A stretch of 21,618 nt of DNA from Bacillota bacterium (GCA_017398165.1 JAFQHB010000215.1:1-21618); one strand, 5' to 3'; shown: positions 1 to 7,783, numbered from the stretch's first letter. The notes: generated by a model from the letters alone, not told the origin. Program-made: numbers and translations.

Positions 1-11
1 CCCTATTGCTC

Positions 12-461
12 TTACTGCTTCTCTTTCACGCTGACGCGGAATTTCTGGTGTACCTCAGGGTGCAGACGCACCGATACCTCAGCCACACCGAGGGTCTTGA
101 TCTGCTCCTTCATCTCCACCTTGCGTTTGTCGATGGTCACACCCAGACGGGCAGAGAGTGCCTCGGCCACCTCTTTGTTGGTCACCGCGCCAAAAAGCTT
201 GCCGCCTTCGCCGGCTTTCTCATATACCTCGACGATCAGATCGTTCATTTTGGCGGCCAGCTCCCTGGCCTCGGCCAGCTCGGCAGCAGCTCTGGCAGCC
301 TGTTTGCGCTGTTCGGCCTCCAGATGCTTCAAATTCTGCGGGGTAGCCTCCAGCGCCAGTTTCTTACCGATCAGGAAATTGCGGCCGTAACCGTCCGCCA
401 CATCCTTGATCTCACCTTTTTTACCCAATGCTCTGACATCAGCCAACAAAATTACTTTCAT
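12..461 (-). CDS. rplI: 50S ribosomal protein L9
   Basis: ORF 12..467. [30 protein letters not shown] matches the conserved L9 N-terminal domain. The second ATG (461) lies 9 nt after GGAG in GAAGGAGTGA and is preferred over ATG 467 (3 nt spacing). Confidence 0.93.
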   Translation of the reverse strand: MKVILLADVRALGKKGEIKDVADGYGRNFLIGKKLALEATPQNLKHLEAEQRKQAARAAAELAEARELAAKMNDLIVEVYEKAGEGGKLFGAVTNKEVAEALSARLGVTIDKRKVEMKEQIKTLGVAEVSVRLHPEVHQKFRVSVKEKQ

Positions 462-509
462 TTTCATTCACTCCTTCACAGCCGCCCATCCGGCCGTTTC
501 TATATTGCA

Positions 510-558
510 AATTTGTCATTGTTTCAGAATTTCACTGTTTCGGATTTATCACTGTTAC
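510..558. repeat. Three tandem direct repeats of 16-17 bp in the yybS-rplI spacer
   Basis: Units aatttgTCATTGTTTc (510-525), agaattTCACTGTTTc (526-541) and ggatttaTCACTGTTAc (542-558). Shared core is TCA(C/T)TGTT(T/A)C. Confidence 0.6.
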
Positions 559-592
559 ACGGTCTTGTAATACACAGGCAGCCGCCGTTACC

Positions 593-1693
593 TCAGCGTG
601 CCACCCGCCTGTAACGCTTCTGTATTGCGGCGCGCAGATCAATCATACTGTCGATCAGGCCCAGCATTATCAGCATCGGCGATATCATACGGAAAGCGCA
701 GATCACCAGCACCAGCATTATATAATTCATCCACGGCATCCGCCAAAACCACGCCTGCCAGTACACCAGCGTCAGACCTGCCATCATCAGCAGCGGCTGG
801 TAAATATACATCACATTGGTGGCGATGATATTCCACACTCCGTCATCACCCGTCTGATGTGCGATCAGCCAGCAGGCCAGCGCGATAATCAGCCCCCACA
901 GAGTATACCACGGCATCCGCCACTCGTTAAAAGGCGGCAGCTTGGCCACCGGATAGCCCAGCCGACGGAATATATAGGTATTCAGCGCATAGGCGATGCC
1001 CGCCTCCATCATCGCGATCATCAGCAGTGAGGCCGGCAGCATAGAGAGCATATGCTCGGTCAGCAGTGCGCTGTATTCCTCCACCGACATCTGCCCGATG
1101 ATGGCACTCAGCTGGCCACGAGCCTCCAGATTGCCGACGTACATATCGACAAAACCCTCCACCTGCGCCGTCAGATCAGCGATCTGCAGCCCGGCAACAG
1201 CCGAGGAAAAAACTATCAGCACCAGCATGGATACCGCCGCCATCACCACGCCGCCCAATATCGCAAGGCTCGGTCTGATGCCGCGCCGCGCCGCATAGCC
1301 ATACCAAAAGCCCACGCCGCCCATATTCAGCAGCATCGTCAGCGCGCCCACCGGCCCGATAAACAGCGACAGCAGCACCGCCGCCGCCAATATGCCGCCC
1401 AGGCCAAAGCCTGTGCCAAACCTGCGTACCAGCAGCGCCAGCGGCACCGGCCACAAAAACATCGCCGCCAGCCACAGCACCGGCAGATACGCCGCCGAAA
1501 GCCCAAATATCACCGCACTGGCCACCAGCATAGCGCCCTCGGCCACACGGCGTGCCGGGGCAGGCTCATCCGCGAACAGCGGTCTGCGGGTCGGGCGTTT
1601 TCTTTGCTGCCCGTTCTCCGGCTCTTTCATTTCCTCAAACAAACTCTGCACCTCCGCAGTCATCATCAGCAGCACCGAATACTCATAATACAC
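593..1693 (-). CDS. DUF2232/YybS-like polytopic membrane protein
   Basis: 366-aa ORF with many hydrophobic, Gly-rich helices (LVASAVIFGLSAAYLPVLWL, GLGGILAAAVLLSLFIGPVGAL, WYGYAARRG). Its position directly upstream of rplI matches the Firmicutes yybS-(gdpP)-rplI neighbourhood. Start is GTG at 1693, 8 nt after AGGTG; the true start is uncertain (in-frame ATGs at 1666/1663/1630). Confidence 0.7.
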   Translation of the reverse strand: MYYEYSVLLMMTAEVQSLFEEMKEPENGQQRKRPTRRPLFADEPAPARRVAEGAMLVASAVIFGLSAAYLPVLWLAAMFLWPVPLALLVRRFGTGFGLGGILAAAVLLSLFIGPVGALTMLLNMGGVGFWYGYAARRGIRPSLAILGGVVMAAVSMLVLIVFSSAVAGLQIADLTAQVEGFVDMYVGNLEARGQLSAIIGQMSVEEYSALLTEHMLSMLPASLLMIAMMEAGIAYALNTYIFRRLGYPVAKLPPFNEWRMPWYTLWGLIIALACWLIAHQTGDDGVWNIIATNVMYIYQPLLMMAGLTLVYWQAWFWRMPWMNYIMLVLVICAFRMISPMLIMLGLIDSMIDLRAAIQKRYRRVAR

Positions 1694-1773
1694 TCACAGT
1701 ACACCTGCCGTATACCGATGCTCCCTGACAACCTTTTATAATTCTATCACCAACGCTGTTTTTCCTGCCGCCC

Positions 1774-1806
1774 GCCGCCCGGGACAACAAATTTTGCCCC
1801 GGCGGC
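1774..1806. other. GC-rich imperfect inverted repeat in the divergent yybS/mscL region
   Basis: GCCGCCCGGG (1774-1783) pairs with CCCCGGCGGC (1797-1806): 10 bp with one C-C mismatch and a 13-nt loop. It lies 11 bp upstream of the putative mscL -35. Confidence 0.35.
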
Positions 1807-1816
1807 AAATTTATGC

Positions 1817-1845
1817 TTGTCAGACCGGATTCTATGATATAAAAT
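1817..1845 (+). promoter_or_regulatory. Putative sigma-A type promoter of mscL
   Basis: TTGTCA (1817-1822), 17-nt spacer, TAAAAT (1840-1845). About 90 nt upstream of the mscL ATG; AAAGGAA RBS 8 nt before the ATG. Confidence 0.45.
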
Positions 1846-1934
1846 AAATTATATCGTGGTTTTTTTAAGCGACTGTAAATGCAGCGCCGCAAAACCCACC
1901 AAAAGCAAAATAATCACAGAAAGGAACCCAACCT

Positions 1935-2357
1935 ATGACAGAGAAAAAAGGCTTCGTGGCCGAATTCAAAGAGTTTATCTCCCGCGGCAGCGTGATCGAC
2001 CTGGCTACCGGTGTTATCATCGGCGGCGCCTTCACCGCCATCGTCAATTCGCTGGTCAATGACATCATTATGCCGACCATCGGTCTGCTTTTCGGCGGCA
2101 TTGATTTCACCTCGCTGCGCTATATCATCACCCCCGCCACCGAGGAAACTGCCGAGGCAGCCATCTATTACGGCAACTTCATTCAGGCAATCGTCAATTT
2201 CCTGCTGATCGCACTGACCATCTTTTGCTGCATCAAGGCCATCAACAGCCTGCACCGCAAAAAAGAGGAAGAAGCAGCACCGGCAGCTCCGCCCGAGCCC
2301 AGCGAGGACATCCTGCTGCTGCGCGAGATCCGTGACAGCCTGAAAAAACAGAAATAA
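1935..2357 (+). CDS. mscL: Large-conductance mechanosensitive channel MscL
   Basis: 140 aa. FKEFISRGSVIDLATGVIIGGAFTAIVNSLVNDIIMP is the MscL TM1 signature. Second TM plus a charged C-terminal helix. Confidence 0.93.
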   Translation: MTEKKGFVAEFKEFISRGSVIDLATGVIIGGAFTAIVNSLVNDIIMPTIGLLFGGIDFTSLRYIITPATEETAEAAIYYGNFIQAIVNFLLIALTIFCCIKAINSLHRKKEEEAAPAAPPEPSEDILLLREIRDSLKKQK

Positions 2358-2378
2358 CAGCAGCAAACCATAAAAATC

Positions 2379-2427
2379 AAACCGGCAGCCGGGAATCCAC
2401 CCCTGACAGCCGGTTTTTATTTTTTTA
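2379..2427. terminator. Bidirectional rho-independent terminator (mscL on +, aro operon/tyrA on -)
   Basis: AAACCGGC (2379-2386) pairs with GCCGGTTT (2409-2416), plus an inner GGG/CCC pairing. Followed by TTTTTATTTTTTT on + and by TTTGATTTTTAT on -. Confidence 0.6.
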
Positions 2428-2471
2428 AGATTATAGAGCATCGGTCCCCGAATATGCAGTACCCTTTCAAA

Positions 2472-2535
2472 GGCACCCTGTGCAAGGTGGCCGCAGGGAG
2501 TGCGTCAGCCGAGCCGGCAGCGAATTGGGTTTCGC
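2472..2535 (+). repeat. Possible third, inverted and diverged copy of the dispersed hairpin repeat
   Basis: GGCACC-CTGTGCAA-GGTGGCC hairpin, then GGCAGCGAA and GGGTTTCGC. This resembles the minus-strand reading of the 17385-17436 copy (GCTCTCC-TGTGTAA-GGGGAGC-TGGCAGCGAAGCTGACTGAGGGGTTGC). Alignment done by eye only. Confidence 0.3.
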
Positions 2536-2560
2536 TTTCCCGTACAGACCGTCCGCCCAA

Positions 2561-3478
2561 TTATTTGCCGGCGTCAAACTGCGCGCGCCGCTCGGTGGAT
2601 TTGCGGAACATCTGACGCAGCCCATCACGGTCGTTTTGCTCCAGCATACCGCGCAGACGCCCCAGCTCGGCGGAAAACTGATCGATATTTTCCATCAGGA
2701 TATCACGATTCAGCAGGAAAAGCTCCGACCACATCACGTCATTGATGCGCGCAATACGCGTCAGGTCACGGAACGAGTCACCGGTAAAGGCCGCCAAATC
2801 CTCATCGTCATTACAGGTCATCAGGCTGACGGCGATGGCGTGGGTCAGCTGCGAGAGAAAACCGATCATACGGTCATGCGCATAGACATCCAGCTCCCGG
2901 ATGGTCTTAAACTCCAGCTCTTCGGCCAGCGCGCGCACGGTGGCGATACCCTCGGCCGTGTTCCCGGCAGTCGGCGTGATGATAAAGTTGGCATTGCGGA
3001 ATATCCGCCAATCGGCATTCCGGATGCCCGATACCTCGCGCCCGGCCATCGGGTGACTGGCACAAAACTCGACATCCCGACGCAGAAAGGACTGCGCCTT
3101 ATCCACGATGCTGCTCTTGACGCCGCTGACATCGGTTATCAGCGTGCCGGGGCGCAAATACTGCTGATTATCCTCCAGCCATTTCAGCAGCGTGGTGGGG
3201 TAGAGGCCGATCACCACGATATCGGCGGCAGCCAGCATATCCGGCTGCGCCTCGGTACTGCCCCGGCGGAAATACCCTTTTTCCAGGCCAAAAGCGATGC
3301 TATCGGCGTCGGTATCAATGGCGCTGACGTCATAACCCTTGCGGGACAGCCCCATAGCGTAGGAGCCGCCGATCAGGCCGGTACCCACGATCAGTATTTT
3401 GCACTCGCGGTTCAGCTCCAGCGCCTTTTTCTCGATCAGCTTATTCACCGGCCTGTTTCCAGCCATAATCTCAGTCAT
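2561..3478 (-). CDS. tyrA: Prephenate dehydrogenase
   Basis: 305 aa. NAD fold ILIVGTGLIGGSYAMGL and catalytic region FCASHPMAGRE. The start overlaps the aroA stop by 8 nt (ATGACTGA). Confidence 0.88.
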   Translation of the reverse strand: MTEIMAGNRPVNKLIEKKALELNRECKILIVGTGLIGGSYAMGLSRKGYDVSAIDTDADSIAFGLEKGYFRRGSTEAQPDMLAAADIVVIGLYPTTLLKWLEDNQQYLRPGTLITDVSGVKSSIVDKAQSFLRRDVEFCASHPMAGREVSGIRNADWRIFRNANFIITPTAGNTAEGIATVRALAEELEFKTIRELDVYAHDRMIGFLSQLTHAIAVSLMTCNDDEDLAAFTGDSFRDLTRIARINDVMWSELFLLNRDILMENIDQFSAELGRLRGMLEQNDRDGLRQMFRKSTERRAQFDAGK

Positions 3479-4757
3479 TCTCCAATACCACCTTTATACC
3501 AAGCTGCTGCAGATCATCAAAAAACCGCGGATAAGACTTGTTGATCGCCTGCGCCCCGCGGATGACCAGCGGCTGCCCGCAGACAGTCGCCAGCACCGCC
3601 AGCGCCATCACGATACGGTGATCGTTATGCCCGCTGCATTCCACACCACCCGCATAGGCACTGCCGCCGGTGATATACATAGCATCCTCGGTACTGTGCA
3701 TCCGCACGCCGCAGCGTACCAGCTCTTCCTCCACATCGGCGATACGATCACTCTCCTTGATACGCAGACGCCCGGCATTATACAGGCTGCTCTCGCCAGC
3801 GGCACACGCCGCCAGCACACACAGCACCGGCCCCAGATCGGGGCAATCCGCCAGATCGATATCCGCACCGCAGAGCTCGCCCGGACGGCAGATATAGCCA
3901 TCCGCCAGCGGCTGCACCTCCGCCCCCATAGCGCGCACGATATCAATGATGCGGCTGTCACCCTGCAGCGACCCGGTATCCACGCCGCGCAGCGTCACCT
4001 CGCCGCCCAAAGCGCCCAGCACCGCAAAAAACGCCAGCTGCGAGAAATCCCCCTCTACCGCCAGATCGCACGGCCGGTACTGCTGACCGCCGGGGATAAA
4101 GAGCGTGTTTTCATCCCGCCACTCGGCGCGGATACCGAATTTGGCCAGCATCGCGAGTGTCAGCAGCACATAAGAGCGCGATTCGAAAGGCGGCAGAATA
4201 TGCAGGCAGGAATCCCCCGCCAGCAGCGGCAGCGCGAAAAGCAGCCCGGATATAAACTGCGAGCTGATATCACCCCGCAGCTCATAATCACCGGCGCAGA
4301 TACCGCCGTCTAATTGCCAGCCGCCGTCTGCCGCCGTCAATTCGGTACCTGTTTTCTCAAAAAGCTGCTGATACACCGTCTGCGGACGCTCGGCCAGCCG
4401 CCCGCTGCACTCAAAGCGCACCGGTTGGCCGCAAAGCGCAAAGATCGGGATGAAAAAGCGCAGCGTAGAGCCGCTTTCGCCGCAATCCACCGTCAGCGGA
4501 GCATCGGCACACGGCCGCCCGATACCATCCACGATGAGGCGGGCAGGCTGCCCCACCGTCTCCTCCACGGTAATAGCCGCCCCCAGGCTCTGCATCCCGG
4601 CGACAGTCGCCCGGATGTCGTTGGACAGGCTGACGTTAGTCAGCACGCTCCGCCCGGCACTCAGCGCCGCACAGATCACTGCACGGTGCGCCATACTCTT
4701 GCTGGATGGTACCCGTACCTCACCCGCCGGCCGCCCGGGGAAAACTGTCGCCCGCAT
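3471..4757 (-). CDS. aroA: 3-phosphoshikimate 1-carboxyvinyltransferase (EPSP synthase)
   Basis: MRATVFPGRPAGEVRVPSSKSMAHRAVICAAL and LGAEV..., DHRIVMALAV motifs. I chose ATG 4757 (428 aa), which overlaps the aroF stop as TAATG, rather than the 462-aa ORF start at 4859. Confidence 0.92.
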   Translation of the reverse strand: MRATVFPGRPAGEVRVPSSKSMAHRAVICAALSAGRSVLTNVSLSNDIRATVAGMQSLGAAITVEETVGQPARLIVDGIGRPCADAPLTVDCGESGSTLRFFIPIFALCGQPVRFECSGRLAERPQTVYQQLFEKTGTELTAADGGWQLDGGICAGDYELRGDISSQFISGLLFALPLLAGDSCLHILPPFESRSYVLLTLAMLAKFGIRAEWRDENTLFIPGGQQYRPCDLAVEGDFSQLAFFAVLGALGGEVTLRGVDTGSLQGDSRIIDIVRAMGAEVQPLADGYICRPGELCGADIDLADCPDLGPVLCVLAACAAGESSLYNAGRLRIKESDRIADVEEELVRCGVRMHSTEDAMYITGGSAYAGGVECSGHNDHRIVMALAVLATVCGQPLVIRGAQAINKSYPRFFDDLQQLGIKVVLEND

Positions 4758-5776
4758 TACATCCTCCGCCCGATGACGTGGGCGATAGCCTTGCCCTTGG
4801 CGATGATGGCTTTGAGCTGATCGGGGGTCACAGTCTGCGCGCCGTCCGACCACGCACATTCCGGACAGTGATGAGTCTCGATGATCAGGCCATCAGCACC
4901 CGCCGCGATAGCCGCCAGAGACATAGATTCCACCAGCTGGCGATGGCCGGTAGCGTGGCTGGGATCAATAATGATCGGCAGATGGCTGTGCTCTTTCACG
5001 ATCGGGATAACGCTGAGATCCAGCGTGTTGCGGGTATACTTCTCAAAAGTACGGATACCGCGCTCGCACAGGATGACTTTCTCATTACCCTCGCTCATAA
5101 TATATTCCGCCGCCATCAGCCATTCCTCGATGGTGTTGCTGAGGCCGCGTTTGAGCAGCACCGGGATGCGGGTCTTGCCGACCTCTTTCAGCAGGTCAAA
5201 ATTCTGCATATTGCGCGCACCGATCTGAATCATATCGATATCTTTCTCGATAAATTCCTCGATTTTGTTGATACTCATCAGCTCGGTGACGACCGGCATA
5301 TTGTACTTCTCCCGCGCATGGCACAGAGTATCCAGACCCTCCTTGCCGCGCCCCTGGAAGGCATAAGGCGAAGTACGCGGTTTGTATGCGCCGCCGCGCA
5401 GCATATCCGCACCGGCCTCATACACGCCCTGCGCGCTGGTCATAAAGGATTCTTCTTCCTCTACCGAGCACGGACCGCCGATAACGACGATCTTCTCATG
5501 CGCGCCGATACGCACGCCACGCACATCCACCACCGAATCCGCCGGGTGGAATACACGGTTGGCCAGCTTATAGGGCGCCGATACCCGGCAGACCTCCTGT
5601 ACGCAGGAATAGCCGTAGATCTTCTTCTCATCCAGCACCGAAGTATCACCGACCACACCAAATACGTTCCAGTTCTCACCGGAGATCAGGTGCATCTCCA
5701 GCCCCTGCTTCTCAATATTTTCTATCAGACGCTGAGTTTCCTCCGCCGATGAGCCCCTTTTCAGTGTAATTATCAT
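4757..5776 (-). CDS. aroF: 3-deoxy-7-phosphoheptulonate (DAHP) synthase, type I-beta with N-terminal ferredoxin-like regulatory domain
   Basis: 339 aa. The core (GPCSVE, GADMLRGGAYKPRTSPY.FQG, IIDPSHATG) is the KDO8PS-like DAHPS family, preceded by a ~75-aa domain as in Thermotoga-type enzymes. GAGGTG RBS 9 nt before the ATG. Confidence 0.92.
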   Translation of the reverse strand: MIITLKRGSSAEETQRLIENIEKQGLEMHLISGENWNVFGVVGDTSVLDEKKIYGYSCVQEVCRVSAPYKLANRVFHPADSVVDVRGVRIGAHEKIVVIGGPCSVEEEESFMTSAQGVYEAGADMLRGGAYKPRTSPYAFQGRGKEGLDTLCHAREKYNMPVVTELMSINKIEEFIEKDIDMIQIGARNMQNFDLLKEVGKTRIPVLLKRGLSNTIEEWLMAAEYIMSEGNEKVILCERGIRTFEKYTRNTLDLSVIPIVKEHSHLPIIIDPSHATGHRQLVESMSLAAIAAGADGLIIETHHCPECAWSDGAQTVTPDQLKAIIAKGKAIAHVIGRRM

Positions 5777-5848
5777 CTGTCCCGCACCTCACATTTATAA
5801 AAATTTTATGAATAAAATAAAATCCAATAAAAACTCTCCCGACCAAAA

Positions 5849-5890
5849 CCATATCAAACCATATCACGACATATCACGGTCATACGATCA
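5849..5890 (-). promoter_or_regulatory. Three CATATCA boxes at exact 10-bp phasing (candidate operator) upstream of aroF
   Basis: CATATCA at 5850-5856, 5860-5866 and 5870-5876, plus a degenerate CATACGATCA at 5881-5890. An AT-rich promoter-like tract (5790-5840) lies between the boxes and the aroF RBS. Confidence 0.4.
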
Positions 5891-5913
5891 GGCACCCTTT
5901 CGGGTACTATCCG

Positions 5914-6381
5914 CTACTGCCCCGCAATATGATCGAGCAGCGCATCGATAGCGGTACAATACCCATTGATGCCCTCACCGCTCACCGTGCGGAAGCAATA
6001 CATCCCCGGGTAAGATACCCGACGAAAGTCCTCACGGTTATTAACGTCGCTGATGTGGATTTCCACCGCCGGCAGCTGCACGGCCTTCAGCGCATCCAGT
6101 ATCGCCACACTGGTGTGCGTATAGGCTGCCGGGTTGATAACGATACCGTCATATTCGTCCATAGCCTGCTGTATCGCATCGACGATCACGCCCTCGTGAT
6201 TGCTCTGCATCACTTCACATTCCACACCGCGCGCCGCACAATGCCGCTGCACCATATCCACCAGCCCGGCATAGGTATCGTGCCCGTATATCGCGGGCTC
6301 GCGCCGACCCAGCAGATTCAGATTCGGCCCGTTGATCACCAGTATTCTGATTGTCCGGCTTTTCTCATTCCGGCTATCCAA
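5914..6381 (-). CDS. aroQ: 3-dehydroquinate dehydratase, type II
   Basis: 155 aa. ILVINGPNLNLLGRREPAIYG and HISDVNNREDFR are type II DHQase signatures. TTG start 9 nt after GAAGGAGG. Confidence 0.9.
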   Translation of the reverse strand: MDSRNEKSRTIRILVINGPNLNLLGRREPAIYGHDTYAGLVDMVQRHCAARGVECEVMQSNHEGVIVDAIQQAMDEYDGIVINPAAYTHTSVAILDALKAVQLPAVEIHISDVNNREDFRRVSYPGMYCFRTVSGEGINGYCTAIDALLDHIAGQ

Positions 6382-6414
6382 TTCCTGTCGCCTCCTTCAC
6401 TATCACACGATCTG

Positions 6415-6438
6415 TAACGCAATCCATAACGCAATCCG
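6415..6438. repeat. Perfect tandem duplication TAACGCAATCC x2 (12-bp period) in the aroE/K-aroQ spacer
   Basis: TAACGCAATCCA (6415-6426) and TAACGCAATCCG (6427-6438), directly abutting the aroE-aroK stop codon (6439-6441). Confidence 0.8.
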
Positions 6439-7704
6439 TCACACTGTCTGCCAGTATTCCGCCAATGCCGCAGCCGCAGACCCGGCGCTGCCGTTATTAT
6501 CCAGCCGATAATCGGCGCAGGCAGTGTAGATGGGATAACGCTCAGCATAAAGCCGCATATTGTCCCCGGTGCTCTGCGAAAGCGGCCGCCCGGCATCCAG
6601 CGCCTGCCGCTCGGGCGCTCTGTCCAGAAAGATCAGCAGCGAGTTTTGCCGCAGCATACGGATATTGGCCGGGTTTTTGATGATACCGCCGCCGGTAGCG
6701 ATCACCCGTCCGCCGAGGCCGGCCACATCCAGCAGCACCTCGGATTCCAGCCGGCGGAATGCATCCTCGCCGTCCTCACGGAAGATATCGCTGATCTGCC
6801 GTCCGGCACGCTCCACCAGCACTTTATCACAATCAACAAACTCCCGCCCCAGCAATCCGGCCAACTTTCGCCCGACAGTGCTTTTGCCGCTGCCCGGCAT
6901 ACCGATCAGCGCGATATTCAGCTTGTCCCGCCGCAGTCTGTGGTAAATATCATCGATCACCGCATCATCCATATGCCGCCCGGTGAAAAGCTCTGCCGCG
7001 TACTTCGCCTGCGCCACCAGCATCTCCAGACCGCCGCAGGCTTTTTTGCCCTGCTCTCTGGCCGCCAGCACGATATTGGTCTGCAGAGGATTATACACCA
7101 CATCCACTACCGCCTCCAGCGCCGGGAAAGCCGCCGGATCCAGCAGCGGGGCATCACCGTTATGCGGGTACATACCGTTCGGCGTGGTATTGATGATGAC
7201 CTGCGTATCCAGCGCCGCCGCAGCCTGTGCATAATCCAGCCTCCCCGCACCGCCGCTGCGGCTGACCACCGCCACAGCGGCCGCACCGAGAGCCTCTGCC
7301 ACCGCACATACCGTCTTGGAGGTGCCGCCGGTACCCAGCACCAGCACCCGGCGCCCGGCCAGCTCGATGCCGTGCCGCGCCAGCAGGTACTTCACCCCGT
7401 CAAAATCGGTGTTGTAACCGCACAATCTGCCGCCGCGGTTGACGATGGTGTTTACCGCACCGATAGCCGCCGCCCGCGGGTCGACCTCCGCCAGATAGGG
7501 GATGACGGCCTCCTTGTACGGGATGGTCACGTTGATCGCGGCAAAATCCGCCCGTTCCATAAACGGCGCAAATTCCTGCCTGGTCAGCGGGCACAGGCTG
7601 TATTTATAATCAGCCAGACTCTCGTGAATCTCTTTGGAAAAGCTGTGCCCCAGCTTTTCCCCGATCAGCCCGTAAAATTTCTTCTCACTCATTTTATTCA
7701 GCAC
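6439..7704 (-). CDS. aroE/aroK: Bifunctional shikimate dehydrogenase (N-terminal) / shikimate kinase (C-terminal) fusion
   Basis: Residues ~8-255: YGLIGEKLGHSFS, NVTIPYK, GYNTD, VLGTGGTS (AroE). Residues ~260-421: Walker A IALIGMPGSGKSTVGR, DCD, GEDAFRRLE, IATGGG (AroK). No stop between the two halves. Start ambiguous: GTG 7704 (GGAG 4 nt upstream) or ATG 7692. Confidence 0.9.
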   Translation of the reverse strand: MLNKMSEKKFYGLIGEKLGHSFSKEIHESLADYKYSLCPLTRQEFAPFMERADFAAINVTIPYKEAVIPYLAEVDPRAAAIGAVNTIVNRGGRLCGYNTDFDGVKYLLARHGIELAGRRVLVLGTGGTSKTVCAVAEALGAAAVAVVSRSGGAGRLDYAQAAAALDTQVIINTTPNGMYPHNGDAPLLDPAAFPALEAVVDVVYNPLQTNIVLAAREQGKKACGGLEMLVAQAKYAAELFTGRHMDDAVIDDIYHRLRRDKLNIALIGMPGSGKSTVGRKLAGLLGREFVDCDKVLVERAGRQISDIFREDGEDAFRRLESEVLLDVAGLGGRVIATGGGIIKNPANIRMLRQNSLLIFLDRAPERQALDAGRPLSQSTGDNMRLYAERYPIYTACADYRLDNNGSAGSAAAALAEYWQTV

Positions 7705-7755
7705 TCTACTCCCGTTGCTGCACCTCAGCTGTTGTGCAATATTATAAATTGGGAA

Positions 7756-7783
7756 ACTTATTCACTCTTACTTATTCACTATA
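7756..7783. repeat. Tandem 14-bp ACTTATTCACT repeat straddling the aroC stop codon
   Basis: ACTTATTCACTCTT (7756-7769) and ACTTATTCACTATA (7770-7783). The same 13-mer ACTTATTCACTAT and CACTCTTACTTnTTCACT recur at 15203-15234. Confidence 0.75.

Noticed and set aside
4758-4859. N-terminal extensions of track ORFs: aroA to 4859, glyA to 16534, wecB to 14669 and SMR from 16812.
   Set aside because: The extensions overlap the preceding gene or lack an RBS. Internal ATGs with good SD spacing restore canonical N-termini (MRATVFPG.., MSKLEF.., MPDKK.., MIQYLF..).
5880-5913. Terminator immediately after aroQ (ACCC-TTTC-GGGT hairpin).
   Set aside because: Only a 4-bp stem with no following U-tract, which is too weak to call.
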